Position numbers and translations under genes: made by a program. The notes beneath the pieces were generated by a model. It was given only the letters and a program-made list of their open reading frames with translations. It ran no database searches and was not told the DNA's origin. From the NCBI GenBank assembly GCA_965215275.1, contig OZ244044.1, positions 928,001 through 992,000 on the forward strand: DNA of 64,000 bases, in the 5' to 3' direction. Source of the stretch: Thermodesulfobacteriota bacterium. GTDB taxonomy: Bacteria; Desulfobacterota_D; UBA1144; Nemesobacterales; JAJCZQ01. Shown here piece by piece: positions 20,120 to 30,570 of this stretch; the stretch's first letter is position 1, and the number at the start of each line of letters is the position of its first letter.

Positions 20120-22588
20120 TCAGGATATTAACTTAAATCCAAGCACGTCCGCCCATCTGGACTTTACGTACTCTTTCAGCTCTCCGTACCCGTCCAGTTC
20201 CGGATCCTCGGAGATCAGGCCAAAGGACGTATCCCTTGCCTTGTTCAGCAGTTTCCAGTCCCTCACCAGGTTCGCCAGTTTGAACTGAGGTATCCCAGAC
20301 TGCTTCGTTCCCAGAAAATCCCCGGGTCCCCTCATACGCAGGTCGGCTTCAGCGATCTTAAATCCATCGCTCGTCTGCGTCATTATGCTGAGTTTCTTTT
20401 CAGCCTCCTCGGACAGGAACCTGCCGGAGACCAGCATACAGAACGATTCCAGATCGGACCTCCCTATCCTTCCCCTGAGCTGATGAAGCTGCGACAGCCC
20501 GTAGCGCTCGGCGTTCTCTATCACCATGAACGTCGCGTTCGGCACGTCAACCCCTACCTCGACCACCGTAGTTGAGACCAGAACGTTTATTTCGTCCTTT
20601 AAAAACCCCTGCATGACCTCTTCCTTTTCGTCCGAGCTCATCTGGCCGTGCAGAAATCCTACATTAAACTCCGCAAAAACATCGTTTTTCAGTTCCTCGT
20701 AGACCTTTCCCACGTGCTTAACGTGTTTAAACTCCGGATTATCCGACTCCTCAATAAAAGGACATATAAAATACCCCTGCCGTCCCCTGGTCAGTTCGGA
20801 CCTTATCCTGCCGTACAGCTCGGACCTGCTTTCTTTCTTATCCCTGTAATGCGAGGTCTGGATCTTTTTTCTTCCTAGGGGCAGTTCATCTATCACGGAC
20901 ACGTCAAGGTCCCCGTAAACCGTAATGGCCAGCGTTCTCGGTATTGGCGTTGCCGTAAGCACAAGGGAGTCCGGGTTACTGGACTTATCCATTAACTTAG
21001 CTCTCTGTACAACGCCGAACCTGTGCTGCTCGTCTATAACCACAAGTCCCAGTCTGGCAAACTCAACGTTGTCCTGTATCAGAGCGTGCGTGCCGACGAT
21101 GATATGCGACCATCCGCTATGTATGGCCCAGGTCACTCTTCGTCTCTCCGCGGTGCTGAGGGCACTCTTGAGCAGAACCACGTTAATATCAAGCCCGATC
21201 AGATAACCGGTAATAGATCTGTAGTGCTGCTCGCACAGTATTTCCGTAGGTGCCATGATCACGGCCTGATAACCGCTTTCCACCGCGTTGAGTATCGATA
21301 TTATTGAAACGATGGTCTTGCCACTCCCTACGTCCCCCTGAACGAGCCTGTTCATCGGGGACCCTGCGCTCATATCGCTTTTTATCTCCTGTATTACCTT
21401 TTTCTGTGCGTGTGTAAGTTCGAACGGAAGACCATCGGTAAAGCGCCTGACGAGATCTCCATCATTTATAAAAGAGGTGCCTTTTTTCTTTACAATACTG
21501 CGCTTCTTGAGCCCAAGTCCAAGTTCAAGCATAAGGAACTCAAAGAATATCACCGTCTTATGTGGCAGAGAGGCCTCAACCTGTACAGCGTCGTCAAGAT
21601 CGACCACCTCATCAAATTTCTCAGGAAAGTGCACTTCCCTGATCGCCTGTGACAGATCCATCAGTGAGCACCTGCTGATTATCTCCTGTGGGATGGAGCA
21701 GGTAAGTTTATCTGCATATTTCTCCACCACCGCTTTTATCATCCCTCTCATTCTGCGCTGAGTTAAACCTTCAGTTAAGGAATATATGGGAACGATCCTG
21801 TTAAAGTGTGTCTGATCCTCGCTCTCCTGGGTATCTTCTAATATCTCTATGTCCTGGGGCTTGGGATGTATTATCTGCAGGCACCTGTTGTAACTACTGA
21901 AGGTAACTTCTCCACTGACAACCACCTTGACACCTTTTCTGTAAGTACCCTCTATGTATCTTCTGTTGGCGTTGAACCAGATAAGGTCAAGACTTCCCGT
22001 AGGGTCGGTTATCATGACCCTGTAGATACTCCCGGACTTCCTTGTAGGAATTCGTTTCACCCGCGATACAGTGCCGATCACGATACATTTACTGTTGCAC
22101 CTGACAGATGAGATCGTCTGAACGTTTCTGCGGTCCTCGTATTTCCTGGGAAAGTAGAACAGAAGGTCCTCAATGGTGACAACTCCTCTTTTTGCCAGAA
22201 CTGCGGAAAGCCTGGGACCAACTCCTTTTACGTATCGCACCTGATCCGTAACGCACAAGCGGCCTGGACCCTTATGCTCGGACGGCTGCTGCTCCAGGTC
22301 AGACAGGCTGCTTTTTCCATTGTCCTGCGTTAACTCGGATATGGCTTTTAACGCATTGATAACAATGCTTTTTTTTTCTTCCTGCTCCTTTGAATCAAAA
22401 TCCTTGAAACTGCTCCTTATCTCTTTCAGACGTTTTATAACTGCGGAATTCTCTTCATGCGAAATAAGCTTTAATATGACGTCGGAGACCGTTGTCTCAA
22501 GGTCCATGATCACAGAAAGGTTCGAGAAATTTCTCCTGGACACAAAAAACAGTGGTTTTCTTAATGCGTCAAGATGTACTTTTAGCAT
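20120..22588 (-). CDS. recG: ATP-dependent DNA helicase RecG (true start may be the ATG near 22508)
   Basis: QGDVGSGKT, DEQHRFG, TATPIPRT and QLHQLRGR motifs. Confidence 0.96.
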   Translation of the reverse strand: MLKVHLDALRKPLFFVSRRNFSNLSVIMDLETTVSDVILKLISHEENSAVIKRLKEIRSSFKDFDSKEQEEKKSIVINALKAISELTQDNGKSSLSDLEQQPSEHKGPGRLCVTDQVRYVKGVGPRLSAVLAKRGVVTIEDLLFYFPRKYEDRRNVQTISSVRCNSKCIVIGTVSRVKRIPTRKSGSIYRVMITDPTGSLDLIWFNANRRYIEGTYRKGVKVVVSGEVTFSSYNRCLQIIHPKPQDIEILEDTQESEDQTHFNRIVPIYSLTEGLTQRRMRGMIKAVVEKYADKLTCSIPQEIISRCSLMDLSQAIREVHFPEKFDEVVDLDDAVQVEASLPHKTVIFFEFLMLELGLGLKKRSIVKKKGTSFINDGDLVRRFTDGLPFELTHAQKKVIQEIKSDMSAGSPMNRLVQGDVGSGKTIVSIISILNAVESGYQAVIMAPTEILCEQHYRSITGYLIGLDINVVLLKSALSTAERRRVTWAIHSGWSHIIVGTHALIQDNVEFARLGLVVIDEQHRFGVVQRAKLMDKSSNPDSLVLTATPIPRTLAITVYGDLDVSVIDELPLGRKKIQTSHYRDKKESRSELYGRIRSELTRGRQGYFICPFIEESDNPEFKHVKHVGKVYEELKNDVFAEFNVGFLHGQMSSDEKEEVMQGFLKDEINVLVSTTVVEVGVDVPNATFMVIENAERYGLSQLHQLRGRIGRSDLESFCMLVSGRFLSEEAEKKLSIMTQTSDGFKIAEADLRMRGPGDFLGTKQSGIPQFKLANLVRDWKLLNKARDTSFGLISEDPELDGYGELKEYVKSRWADVLGFKLIS

Positions 22589-22701
22589 GGACTTTTATTG
22601 TACAAGTTAATTGAAACAAATAGAAACTTCTTCAAAGCCGAAGTATAACAAGTTACGGGGAACCGTGTGCAGGTTTTAAGAAGTAAGATCCCTCAGTTCC
22701 G

Positions 22702-23145
22702 TTATTCGTCCAGATACCTAACCATAATTTCCACACAATCGTTAGGATCATCAGTTTCATAAGGGTCTACGAATTTAAAACAGCATTCATTTTCTGTTAA
22801 TAATTTATCAAGAGCAAGAGGCGGAAAAAGCAATCTGTCGTTTATACGAAGCAACTTAGACCAATCCTTAAAATCCTCTACATCTTTAATCCCTATGATG
22901 AGTTCAATGTTATCCCACTCATCTTTGTGATCTTTCCTTATATTACTTATCGTAATGGAAGGGTCCTTCATATTATAAAACAACACTTTTTTTATATTCC
23001 CCTCTTCGTCTCCATGATTGAGGAACATGTATTTTTGATCGTAGTACGTTTCATATATCCATTCTGCACACAGCTCCAAATCAGACTGAACAGCATACAG
23101 AAACCTGATAAATTCAGCTGCGTCTCTGACATATATCTCTTTCAA
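22702..23145 (-). CDS. Hypothetical protein, paralog of 23904..24362
   Basis: Shared KEIYVRDAAE...ELCAEW.YETYYD...FLNHGDEEG; GGGAGG RBS. Confidence 0.7.
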   Translation of the reverse strand: MKEIYVRDAAEFIRFLYAVQSDLELCAEWIYETYYDQKYMFLNHGDEEGNIKKVLFYNMKDPSITISNIRKDHKDEWDNIELIIGIKDVEDFKDWSKLLRINDRLLFPPLALDKLLTENECCFKFVDPYETDDPNDCVEIMVRYLDE

Positions 23146-23177
23146 TTACTTACCTCCCGTTCAATTATAAAATTTCA

Positions 23178-23219
23178 GGGGAATATATACAATTGATTTT
23201 ATTTGTGTATATAATTCCC
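23178..23219. mobile_element. 42-bp MITE-like element bounded by inverted GGRAATTATATAC motifs
   Basis: ggggaatatataca...tgtatataattccc; a degenerate homolog lies at 24395-24445. Confidence 0.45.
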
Positions 23220-23444
23220 TGAATATATACATATGCTTTGTTATTTTTGTTCCTTGACATCTTGACCCTCGGAATGATATCATAACAATGAGAGAGATGA
23301 ATTATCAGCGAAAGTTCTAATAGTAAGAAAGACTTCCTGCAGAAGATAGAAGATAAACTGTTCGCCTCGTTTTTAATAGTAGGGATTATCGTTCTTCTAG
23401 AGGAATTATTCAGTGGCGGTATTAGATTTGTCGAGAATCATTTA

Positions 23445-23708
23445 TTGCCAACTGTTATTATATCTACTTCTGTTGTCGTTGGGAGTTTCTTCGTTATAAG
23501 GACTTATATCAAGAGTGAAATAAGTGTTAAGGAGATAGAAATGGGTAAAGAATTTAGAGAAGATATAAAAGAAATTCATAAGATTCAACAGGCAAGGTTG
23601 GACAAGCAAGATGCAAGGTTTGACAAACAAGATAAATTGATTGAAGAAAAGTTCGAAGAAATTAAACAATTATTGAAAAATAATCAAAACCAGCAAAATA
23701 AACAATAA
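23445..23708 (+). CDS. Small membrane-anchored coiled-coil protein, paralog of 24636..24971 (start uncertain)
   Basis: Hydrophobic N-terminus followed by QDARFDK heptads. Confidence 0.55.
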   Translation: MPTVIISTSVVVGSFFVIRTYIKSEISVKEIEMGKEFREDIKEIHKIQQARLDKQDARFDKQDKLIEEKFEEIKQLLKNNQNQQNKQ

Positions 23709-23732
23709 CTACCTATTACCCTCTCTGATAAC

Positions 23733-23866
23733 CAGTCCTTTCTGGACTATGGCTGAAAATACAAAGCATCCGACCCGGAAACCAGAAAAACTGATAGCCG
23801 AACTTGTCTTATGTAGCAGTAATAAAGGTGACTTGGTATTTGATCACTTTTCTGAGAAGTGGGACC
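23733..23866 (+). pseudogene. Fragment of an N4/N6 DNA methyltransferase
   Basis: Translates PFWTMAENTKHPTRKPEKLIAELVLCSSNKGDLVFDHF, then SGT after a frameshift (compare HPTQKP...DPF.GSGT). Confidence 0.7.
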
Positions 23867-23903
23867 GTGTATAGATTTTAAGAAGTACAACTTGTCAGTT
23901 CCG

Positions 23904-24362
23904 TTAGTTACCCAGATACTTAACCATAACTTCTACAAAGGAGATTTGATCATCAAGGTTGCCAGATTTTCTATATTCTTTATGATCTAAAAATTTAAAA
24001 CAGCATTCACTCTCTGTGAACAATCTATCAAGAGGTGGAAAAGGCAATCTGCCACACTTACAAAGTGAATAAAACCAATTCTCAAAATCTTCTACACCTT
24101 CAATCCCAATGATAAATTCAACATTATCCCACTCGTCTGCATGTTTACCCCTTATTGTCTTTATCCTATCGACAGAAGAACCACCTATCTCATAAAACAA
24201 TATCTTTTTTATACTTCCTTCTTCATCCCCATGATTGAGGAAAATATAGTTGTGATCGTAGTATGTTTCATAGACCCATTCTGCACACAGTTCCATATCA
24301 TAATAAGCAACATGTAATAACTTGCTAAGCTCAGCTGCGTCCCTGACATATATTTCTTTCAA
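23904..24362 (-). CDS. Hypothetical protein, paralog of 22702..23145
   Basis: Alignable by eye over its full length. Confidence 0.7.
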   Translation of the reverse strand: MKEIYVRDAAELSKLLHVAYYDMELCAEWVYETYYDHNYIFLNHGDEEGSIKKILFYEIGGSSVDRIKTIRGKHADEWDNVEFIIGIEGVEDFENWFYSLCKCGRLPFPPLDRLFTESECCFKFLDHKEYRKSGNLDDQISFVEVMVKYLGN

Positions 24363-24635
24363 TTACTTATCTCCCGTTCAATTATAAAATTTTAGGGAAC
24401 TATATACAAAACACATAAAATTTAAATAAATCTGTCATAATTGCCTGATATAGTTAGATTTTTGGTTATATTATAAGTATTATAAAGACTTGATTCGTCA
24501 ACCAATACTTACAATAAATCATATTGATAAAGTTGTTAAAAAGATTAAGGAAAAAGAGTTTAAAATACAAAGATTTGATCAAAAAATATTAAGGTATTAC
24601 TCAGTGGCGGTATTGGCTTTATTGAGAATCATTTA

Positions 24636-24971
24636 TTGCCATTTATCATTATATCTACTTCTATTGTTGGGAGTTTCTTACTCATAAGAATTTATATCAA
24701 GAGTGAAATAAGCGTTAAGGAGATAGAAATGGGTAAAGAATTTAGAGAAGATATGAAGGAAATTTATCAAACTCACAAAGAAGATATGAAAGAAATTCAT
24801 AAAATTCAACAGGCAAGGTTTGACAAGCAAGATGCAAGATTTGATAAGCAGGATGAAAGGTTTGACAAACAAGATAAACTGATTGATGAAAAGTTCGAAG
24901 AAATTAAACAATTATTGAAAATAATCAAAACCAGCAAAATAAACAATAACTACTTATTACCTGTTCTTTGA
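24636..24971 (+). CDS. Small membrane-anchored coiled-coil protein with expanded repeats
   Basis: Paralog of 23445..23708 with extra EDMKEI and RFDKQD units. Confidence 0.55.
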   Translation: MPFIIISTSIVGSFLLIRIYIKSEISVKEIEMGKEFREDMKEIYQTHKEDMKEIHKIQQARFDKQDARFDKQDERFDKQDKLIDEKFEEIKQLLKIIKTSKINNNYLLPVL

Positions 24972-24981
24972 ACACAGGATA

Positions 24982-27219
24982 CTATTTTCGTGTACCGGTT
25001 GACTTGATCATCCGGATACTGTCGCCGTCCCTTTCAAAACTGGCCGCGTTCCTGCACTTCGGATAACCGGAGCAGGCCAGGAACTCAGCACCATCACGAC
25101 GCCGGGTCTTTATAACCATGACCGAACCGCACTTCTCACACTCAATGTCCGTTTCCTTCGGCTCGGACGCTTTCTTAATTATGATCCTGTCACCGTCCCT
25201 TTCAAAATCAGACGCGTTCTTACATTTCGGATAGCCAGAGCAGGCCAGGAACTCAGCACCATCACGACGCCGGGTCTTTATAACCATGATCGAACCGCAC
25301 TTCTCACATTCAATGTCCGTCTCCTTCGGTTCGGACGCCTTCTTCGGTACTATCCTGTCACCGTCCCTTTCAAAATCAGACGCGTTCTTGCACTCGGGAT
25401 AGCCGGAACATGAAAGGAATTCCCCTCCTATCCTGCGTCTCTGCTTGATTATCATAGGTTTGCCGCACTTGTCGCAGGTAATATCGGTTTCCTCAACTAT
25501 ATTGAAGGATCTTTCTGCATCTTCCAGACGCCTCTGCAGTCCATTTTTCTCATCGAAATAAAAACTGTTCAGAAGTTTGTCCCATTTTTTTGTCCCCTGC
25601 TCAATCCTGTCAAGGTCCTCTTCGACCGAAGCGGTAAAGGTCTCGTCCATTATGTTCGGAAAGTTCTTTACAAGGCAGTCGTTCACGGAAATGCCAAGAG
25701 AAGTAGGAAAGAACACTTTTTTCTCCATTCTGACGTATTCCCTTTCCTGAATTGTAGAAAGGATCGAGGCATAGGTCGACGGTCTGCCAACGCCTTTATC
25801 TTCAAGTTCTTTTACCAGCGATGATTCATTGTAACGAGGAGGAGGTTTTGTAAAATGCTGGGTCGGGATCATATCCTCACACCTAAGCTCGTCTCCCCTG
25901 GCAAGCGGAGGCAGAAGCGGTTCATCATCTCCCTTAACCGATCTCTGAGGTGGTATAACCTCTCTCCATCCCGCAAAAACTGGAACCGTCCCAACGGCAC
26001 GAAAAACAGCCTTGCCAGCCTCTATATCCACGGTCGTACGTTCATCCACCGCGGAAGTCATCTGAGAAGCGATGAACCTTCTCCATATCAGTTCATAAAG
26101 CCGTGCCTCGTCCTTTTGCAGAAACCTGGCTATATCCTGCGGAGTTCTGTCCGCAGAGGTTGCCCTTATGGCCTCATGGGCGTCCTGAGCGTCTTTCTTT
26201 ACCTTCTGCACCGGTGGCTTTGAAGGAAGGTACTTATCGCCCCATTTGTTTTTAATGAACCCGCGTGCTTCCTCGACCGCACGGGAGGAAAGGCGTACTG
26301 AGTCCGTTCTCATATAGGTTATAAGACCGACCGGTCCCTGGTCGCCAAGGTCTATCCCTTCATAGAGCCTCTGGGCCACGGTCATGGTCTTCCTGACCGA
26401 AAATCCCAGCCTGGTCGATGCCTCTCGCTGAAGGGTACTCGTGATAAAAGGCGGCGGTGCCTTGCGGTTGTGTTTTTTCCTCTCAACTTCCTTAACGCGG
26501 AACCGTTCACCCTTCAGTGCCGCAACTATTTCATCTGCACGGGTACCGTCCGGGATCTCATCACTGCAATCCTCAAAGCTCTGCAGATAAGCGGAAAAAC
26601 CCTCGTCTTTCAGGGTCAGCAGACGTGCTTCCAGTTTCCAGTATTCCCGCGGCACGAAAGCATCTATCTCCCTCTCCCTTCGAACTATAAAATTAAGGGC
26701 AACGCTCTGAACGCGTCCCGCACTAAGCCTGCCACCTATCTTTTTCCAGAGAAGCGGACTTATCTTGTAACCGACTATCCTGTCGAGTATACGCCGTGCC
26801 TGCTGAGCTTCGAACTTATCCCTGTTCAGTTCCCCGGAGTTCCTGAACGTCTCTATAACACCTTCTTTCGTTATTTCACGTATAAGGACGCGATGAGCTC
26901 TTTTGCCAAGGTCCAGTTCTTTTGCAATATGCCATGCTATCGCCTCTCCTTCCCTGTCCGGGTCGGTTGCCAAATATACCTTTTCCTTTTCTCTGGCGGA
27001 TTTGCGAAGTTCCTTCAGTATCTTGCCCTTACCCTTTATAACCTCATAGTCCGGCTTAAATCCGTTGCTTATATCGACCCCGATCTTGTCATGGGTTTTA
27101 TCGGACAGATCAACGACGTGACCCACGGAAGCCTTCACCTGATAATCCTTACCCAGGTATTTGCTTATCGTACGGGCCTTTGAAGGTGACTCGACTATTA
27201 CCAGCGATTTCAATGACAT
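24982..27219 (-). CDS. topA: DNA topoisomerase I with three C-terminal zinc ribbons
   Basis: IVESPSKA, ATDPDREGE, SAGRVQS and ITYMRTD motifs; near-identical 168-bp Zn-ribbon repeats. Confidence 0.97.
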   Translation of the reverse strand: MSLKSLVIVESPSKARTISKYLGKDYQVKASVGHVVDLSDKTHDKIGVDISNGFKPDYEVIKGKGKILKELRKSAREKEKVYLATDPDREGEAIAWHIAKELDLGKRAHRVLIREITKEGVIETFRNSGELNRDKFEAQQARRILDRIVGYKISPLLWKKIGGRLSAGRVQSVALNFIVRREREIDAFVPREYWKLEARLLTLKDEGFSAYLQSFEDCSDEIPDGTRADEIVAALKGERFRVKEVERKKHNRKAPPPFITSTLQREASTRLGFSVRKTMTVAQRLYEGIDLGDQGPVGLITYMRTDSVRLSSRAVEEARGFIKNKWGDKYLPSKPPVQKVKKDAQDAHEAIRATSADRTPQDIARFLQKDEARLYELIWRRFIASQMTSAVDERTTVDIEAGKAVFRAVGTVPVFAGWREVIPPQRSVKGDDEPLLPPLARGDELRCEDMIPTQHFTKPPPRYNESSLVKELEDKGVGRPSTYASILSTIQEREYVRMEKKVFFPTSLGISVNDCLVKNFPNIMDETFTASVEEDLDRIEQGTKKWDKLLNSFYFDEKNGLQRRLEDAERSFNIVEETDITCDKCGKPMIIKQRRRIGGEFLSCSGYPECKNASDFERDGDRIVPKKASEPKETDIECEKCGSIMVIKTRRRDGAEFLACSGYPKCKNASDFERDGDRIIIKKASEPKETDIECEKCGSVMVIKTRRRDGAEFLACSGYPKCRNAASFERDGDSIRMIKSTGTRK

Positions 27220-27390
27220 AATATCTGTTCCTTTTAAACTGATGTAAACTGAATCTCAACGCCTGAAAATAAAACCAAAAATCTCATACAGTCAAATTTC
27301 AAAATCCAGCCTTAACTTAACAACTATCTTATGAACTGGCAATCCCGTATATGACCTTGTCCTTCTCCAGACAGTCAGATAACGTCAAAG

Positions 27391-28368
27391 CTACAGCTCT
27401 ATACTGTCTGCCATGTCCTTGTTCTTCACGTACCAGTCAACCGTCAGATCCAGTCCGTTTTCAATATCGACCCCTGGTACCCAGTTAAGGAACTTTCTTG
27501 CTTTCAGGGTGTTCGCCCACGTAGCAGGAACGTCAGTTATATGAACGGGCTGACTGACCACACGGGCTTTTTTCCCCAGCCTTTTTTCGATCATCTTTAT
27601 AAAATCCGTCAGCCTGACCGGAGCGTCGCTCCCAAGGTTTATGATCTCAAAGCCAGAACCCTCCACTGCGGACACGGCGGATACCGTGCCTTCCGCTATA
27701 TCATCTACATAGGTAAAGTCCCTTTCCTGGTTCCCGTCCCCATAAACGATCACGTCATCTCCCCGGTCGGTCCATCTTATGAACCTGAAAGGGGCCATAT
27801 CCGGTCTTCCCGCCGGACCATAAACGGTAAAATACCTCAGGACGAAAATATCCATTCCATAGAGCCTGTGATAGGTATAGCACAGATTTTCAGATGCTTT
27901 TTTTGATGAAGCGTAAGGTGAGAGCGTAAGGTCCGTATTCTGCTCCTCGTGAAAGGGATACTCGTTCTCTCCATAAACACTGGAGGTTGAGGCCTGAACG
28001 AATTTCGATATACCGCTGCTTTTGCTGAACTGCAGCAGGTTCAGGGTTCCCATAAGGTTGGTCCTGTAATACTCGGATGGAATATCCAGGCTGCTTCTGA
28101 CGCCCGCCCGGGCAGCCAGGTTAACTATGGTATCAATATCTGCGTGATCATCAAGACATGCTTCCAGGTTTTCCCTTTCCGTGATATCGACCTTATAAAA
28201 AGTAAAGTTCCTTTCAGCTGACAGACGGTCCAGTCTGTATTTCTTGAGCCTCACGTCGTAAGCATCGTTCAGGCTGTCGATCCCTATTACCTGGTCGCCT
28301 CTTTTACTTAACAGACTGCAGACCCTGGACCCTATAAATCCTGCACAACCCGTTACCAGGACAGACAT
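27391..28368 (-). CDS. NAD-dependent epimerase (UDP-glucuronate 4-epimerase-like)
   Basis: TGCAGFIG, YASSK and RYFTVYGP.GRPDM motifs. Confidence 0.9.
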   Translation of the reverse strand: MSVLVTGCAGFIGSRVCSLLSKRGDQVIGIDSLNDAYDVRLKKYRLDRLSAERNFTFYKVDITERENLEACLDDHADIDTIVNLAARAGVRSSLDIPSEYYRTNLMGTLNLLQFSKSSGISKFVQASTSSVYGENEYPFHEEQNTDLTLSPYASSKKASENLCYTYHRLYGMDIFVLRYFTVYGPAGRPDMAPFRFIRWTDRGDDVIVYGDGNQERDFTYVDDIAEGTVSAVSAVEGSGFEIINLGSDAPVRLTDFIKMIEKRLGKKARVVSQPVHITDVPATWANTLKARKFLNWVPGVDIENGLDLTVDWYVKNKDMADSIEL

Positions 28369-28412
28369 CGCATATCTCCGAAAAATTTTATTGAAAGGTA
28401 GCTCATGAAAGA

Positions 28413-29711
28413 TCAGATACCAACCGCTATGTACTCAAAGCCCATATTTTCCAATTTCTCTCTGCTGTACAGGTTCCTTCCGTCAAAAATAACCCGGCTG
28501 TTTACCAGAGAGGAGACTTTCATCAGGTCAGGCTGCCTGTACTCGTTCCATTCAGTACTGACGATTATTGCGTCTGCCCCGCTGCAGGCGTCATAGTTGG
28601 AGTGGGCGTACTTTATTCTGTCCCCGTAGATGCTTTTTACGTTATCAAGTGCAGCAGGATCATGGACCACGATGGATGCTCCGTTCTCAAGCAGCTTGTC
28701 GACTAAAAACAAAGCCGGGGATTCTCTTATATCGTCCGTATTGGGCTTGAACGACAGTCCCCACATGGCAAACGCCTTGTTCTTCAGGTCGCCCCCGTAG
28801 TATTTTGATATTTTATTGAAAAACCTTACCCTCTGATCTTTATTTATGTCGTCAACGGCACTGCAGACCCTGAGCTCACAGCCAAACTGCTCTGCCGTGT
28901 TTATCAGGGCTTTCACGTCCTTGGGAAAACAGGACCCTCCGTAGCCAAGTCCCGGGAACAGAAAATGCCTTCCTATCCTTCTGTCCGAACCCATGACGGA
29001 CCTTACATCCGAAACGTTCACCCCTGCTGCCTCGCACAGATTGGCCATCTCGTTCATAAAGGATATGCGGGTTGCAAGCATTGCGTTCGAAGCGTACTTT
29101 GACATTTCAGAGGATCTTATCGAAACCACGTTGGACCTGTTCCATGAACGCATGAACGGTAAATAAAGTTCCTTGAGTATCTCACCTGCCTTTTTACTTT
29201 CAACCCCGATAACCACCCTTTCCGGCTTTAAAAAATCCTCAACCGCGGCACCTTCCTTTAAAAACTCCGGGTTTGACGCAATATCAAATTCGACTTCCGT
29301 AAGAGATCTGATCACGTCCCTGACTTTTTCCGTCGTTCCCACGGGAACAGTGCTTTTGGTCACAACGACCTTATAGTCGTTAATATAATTTCCTATCTGT
29401 CTGGCCACGTCCAGGACGTATTTTATATCCGCAGTCCCATCCTCGGACTGGGGAGTTCCAACTGCAATGAATATAATGTAAGAATTCTCGATCGCAGTTT
29501 TGATGTCGGTGGTAAAACTGATCCTGCCTTCTTCCAGATTGGATTTTACCATCTCCTCGAGCCCGGGTTCGTAAAACGGCACCTTTCCCGTAAGAAGGGA
29601 TCTTATCTTGCCTTCGTCTATATCCACACAGGTAACCTTATTTCCGCTTGACGAAAAACAAGCCCCCGTTACAAGCCCGACGTACCCTGTACCGATAACA
29701 GCGATATTCAT
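28413..29711 (-). CDS. ugd: UDP-glucose 6-dehydrogenase
   Basis: GTGYVG, SNPEFLKEG and GYGGSCFPKD motifs. Confidence 0.95.
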   Translation of the reverse strand: MNIAVIGTGYVGLVTGACFSSSGNKVTCVDIDEGKIRSLLTGKVPFYEPGLEEMVKSNLEEGRISFTTDIKTAIENSYIIFIAVGTPQSEDGTADIKYVLDVARQIGNYINDYKVVVTKSTVPVGTTEKVRDVIRSLTEVEFDIASNPEFLKEGAAVEDFLKPERVVIGVESKKAGEILKELYLPFMRSWNRSNVVSIRSSEMSKYASNAMLATRISFMNEMANLCEAAGVNVSDVRSVMGSDRRIGRHFLFPGLGYGGSCFPKDVKALINTAEQFGCELRVCSAVDDINKDQRVRFFNKISKYYGGDLKNKAFAMWGLSFKPNTDDIRESPALFLVDKLLENGASIVVHDPAALDNVKSIYGDRIKYAHSNYDACSGADAIIVSTEWNEYRQPDLMKVSSLVNSRVIFDGRNLYSREKLENMGFEYIAVGI

Positions 29712-30295
29712 ATTTATATAACCTCAAAAAATTTTAAAAGAGTACATAAACAAACAGAAAGAAAAACCATATCAGAAACAAGTCTTTTGGATATTACTTT
29801 TGCGATATTATAGTTAATAGAAAAATAATCGCATAAAATTTTGCCAATTTTGTTTTAGATCATCATGTTTAACTTATTAATTGTTAAACTTTTAGTGTGT
29901 AATTATAAGGGATTTTTTGATAACTTATTTAGGGAAATTATAAAGATTGATATATGACAGGATAAAGAGAGAAATAAATAATATTAAAGAAAAAAGAGCT
30001 AAAAATAAGAAAATTAAATAAGAGAACAGAAAATGAACTATCAGAATAAGCACTATATCCATAAAAATAAAAAGAAAGAAAACAAAAGAAAAGAAGTAAA
30101 GAAAGAATTAAAGAAAAAAGATGAGCAAACCTATCGACAATCAAAACAAGACAAAGGAAGTTCTTAAGATACCTCAGAAAATTATACAAAATTCATCTGA
30201 TGGTGATTACATATACCGCGGCGACCCTGCTCACTACAAAAGAATACCTTCCTTCCCACTATTAACATGTGTGAGAGTATAGATATAGAACACTT
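29656..30295. repeat. Diverged duplicate of 38132-38208 joined to 40644-41180 (ugd 5' end, intergenic region, FRG gene 5' part)
   Basis: Colinear matches such as gcccccgttacaagcccgacgtaccctgtaccgataacagcgatattcat and tcatctgatggtgattacat. Confidence 0.9.
30033..30293 (+). pseudogene. Truncated, frameshifted copy of the FRG-TPR gene 5' end
   Basis: atgaactatcagaataagcactat...ggtgattacatataccgcggcga matches 40922 onward. Confidence 0.8.
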
Positions 30296-30570
30296 TAAGA
30301 GGGGAGGCAATGCATTAGAAGTAAGTTAATAATTAAAGCAAATAGTAATCCTGTACTGTATTGTTTTAAGGAATATCACTGATTCAGGAGATTTAGAAAT
30401 TCACTATAGTAATCAGCCTTAAATATACAAAATCAATCAAAAAGAGCCTAATTGATTGAAATTACTACCTTTTTACTTGCCAAGTTAGTTATAAACAGGT
30501 ATATTATAATAATTTATTGTTATTTAATTTCTGGGAATTACATACGGTATATATGGTTACTGGAGTATAA

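Noticed and set aside
25016..25420. 168-bp repeats in topA
   Set aside because: Repeated zinc ribbons are normal for TopA.
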